From Marsupella aquatica (taxonomy: Eukaryota > Plantae > Marchantiophyta), in the NCBI GenBank assembly GCA_973895155.1, contig OZ316892.1:9404283-9468282 (forward strand): 64,000 nt of DNA, read 5' to 3'. The position numbers and the translations under genes were made by a program. Below are positions 63,821 to 64,000 of the stretch, in pieces. The notes below the pieces were generated by a model. It searched no databases. It had not been told where the DNA came from and saw only the letters and a list, made by a program, of their open reading frames with translations. Each line of letters opens with the position of its first letter. Position 1 is the stretch's first letter.

Positions 63821-64000
63821 TTTAGGTGTGTGAAGTCCATAGATGGACTACATGTATGGACTATATATGAAATCAGACTAATGTTTTGCCCATTTGTGCA
63901 GTTGGTGAATGCAGCCTGTGAAAGGAAGATTGCAGGGGTTGTCACATCCTGTGAATGCTTATGAGGAGGCCCGAAAGCGGAACATAGAGCATAATGTCAG

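Larger units (their letters stand above)
20826..64000 (+). mobile_element. Large CACTA element C (left end only; right end beyond the window)
   Basis: Starts CACTAGAAGAAAA followed by dense ATGAC/GTCAT subterminal motifs; plus-strand transposase at 46968-49749 and from 63294. Assigning all intervening DNA to one element is inferred. Confidence 0.7.

Overview
Eukaryotic, plant-type (probably non-seed plant; inferred from the TE lineages) region made entirely of nested transposable elements, with no host gene recognised. A degenerate minus-strand CACTA/En-Spm element (A) is interrupted by four insertions: a complete CACTA element B (2094-11944, TSD TCT), a 1.7-kb non-autonomous CACTA (12330-14011, TSD AGA), a young Bianca-like Ty1/copia (14046-19828, TSD ATTAA) and a large CACTA element C (starts 20826, runs past the window end). 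C contains tandem arrays, a young Ty3/gypsy with extra 3' ORFs (25889-39444, TSD TCAGT), a non-autonomous short-LTR element (41343-44326, TSD GAAAC) and a Mutator-like element (about 49750-63293), which holds a second copy of the 1.7-kb CACTA (56694-58373, TSD TTT). Main observations: (1) the Mutator-like element carries an intron-containing accessory gene fusing a ParB-like domain to a beta-class DNA amino-methyltransferase-like domain, plus about 22 copies of the palindrome TAGCGCCnGGCGCTA in its introns and intergenic DNA, a candidate ParB/parS-like or VANC-like self-targeting system; (2) CACTA A and B both carry a SET-domain exon just upstream of the transposase exon with compatible splice phases, and CACTA C has an EDM2/NSD-like PHD module in the same slot; (3) the gypsy has a TGA-CAATTA readthrough signal, its own palindromic motif and a duplicated PPT. 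Domain calls come from motif recognition by eye, not from database searches.
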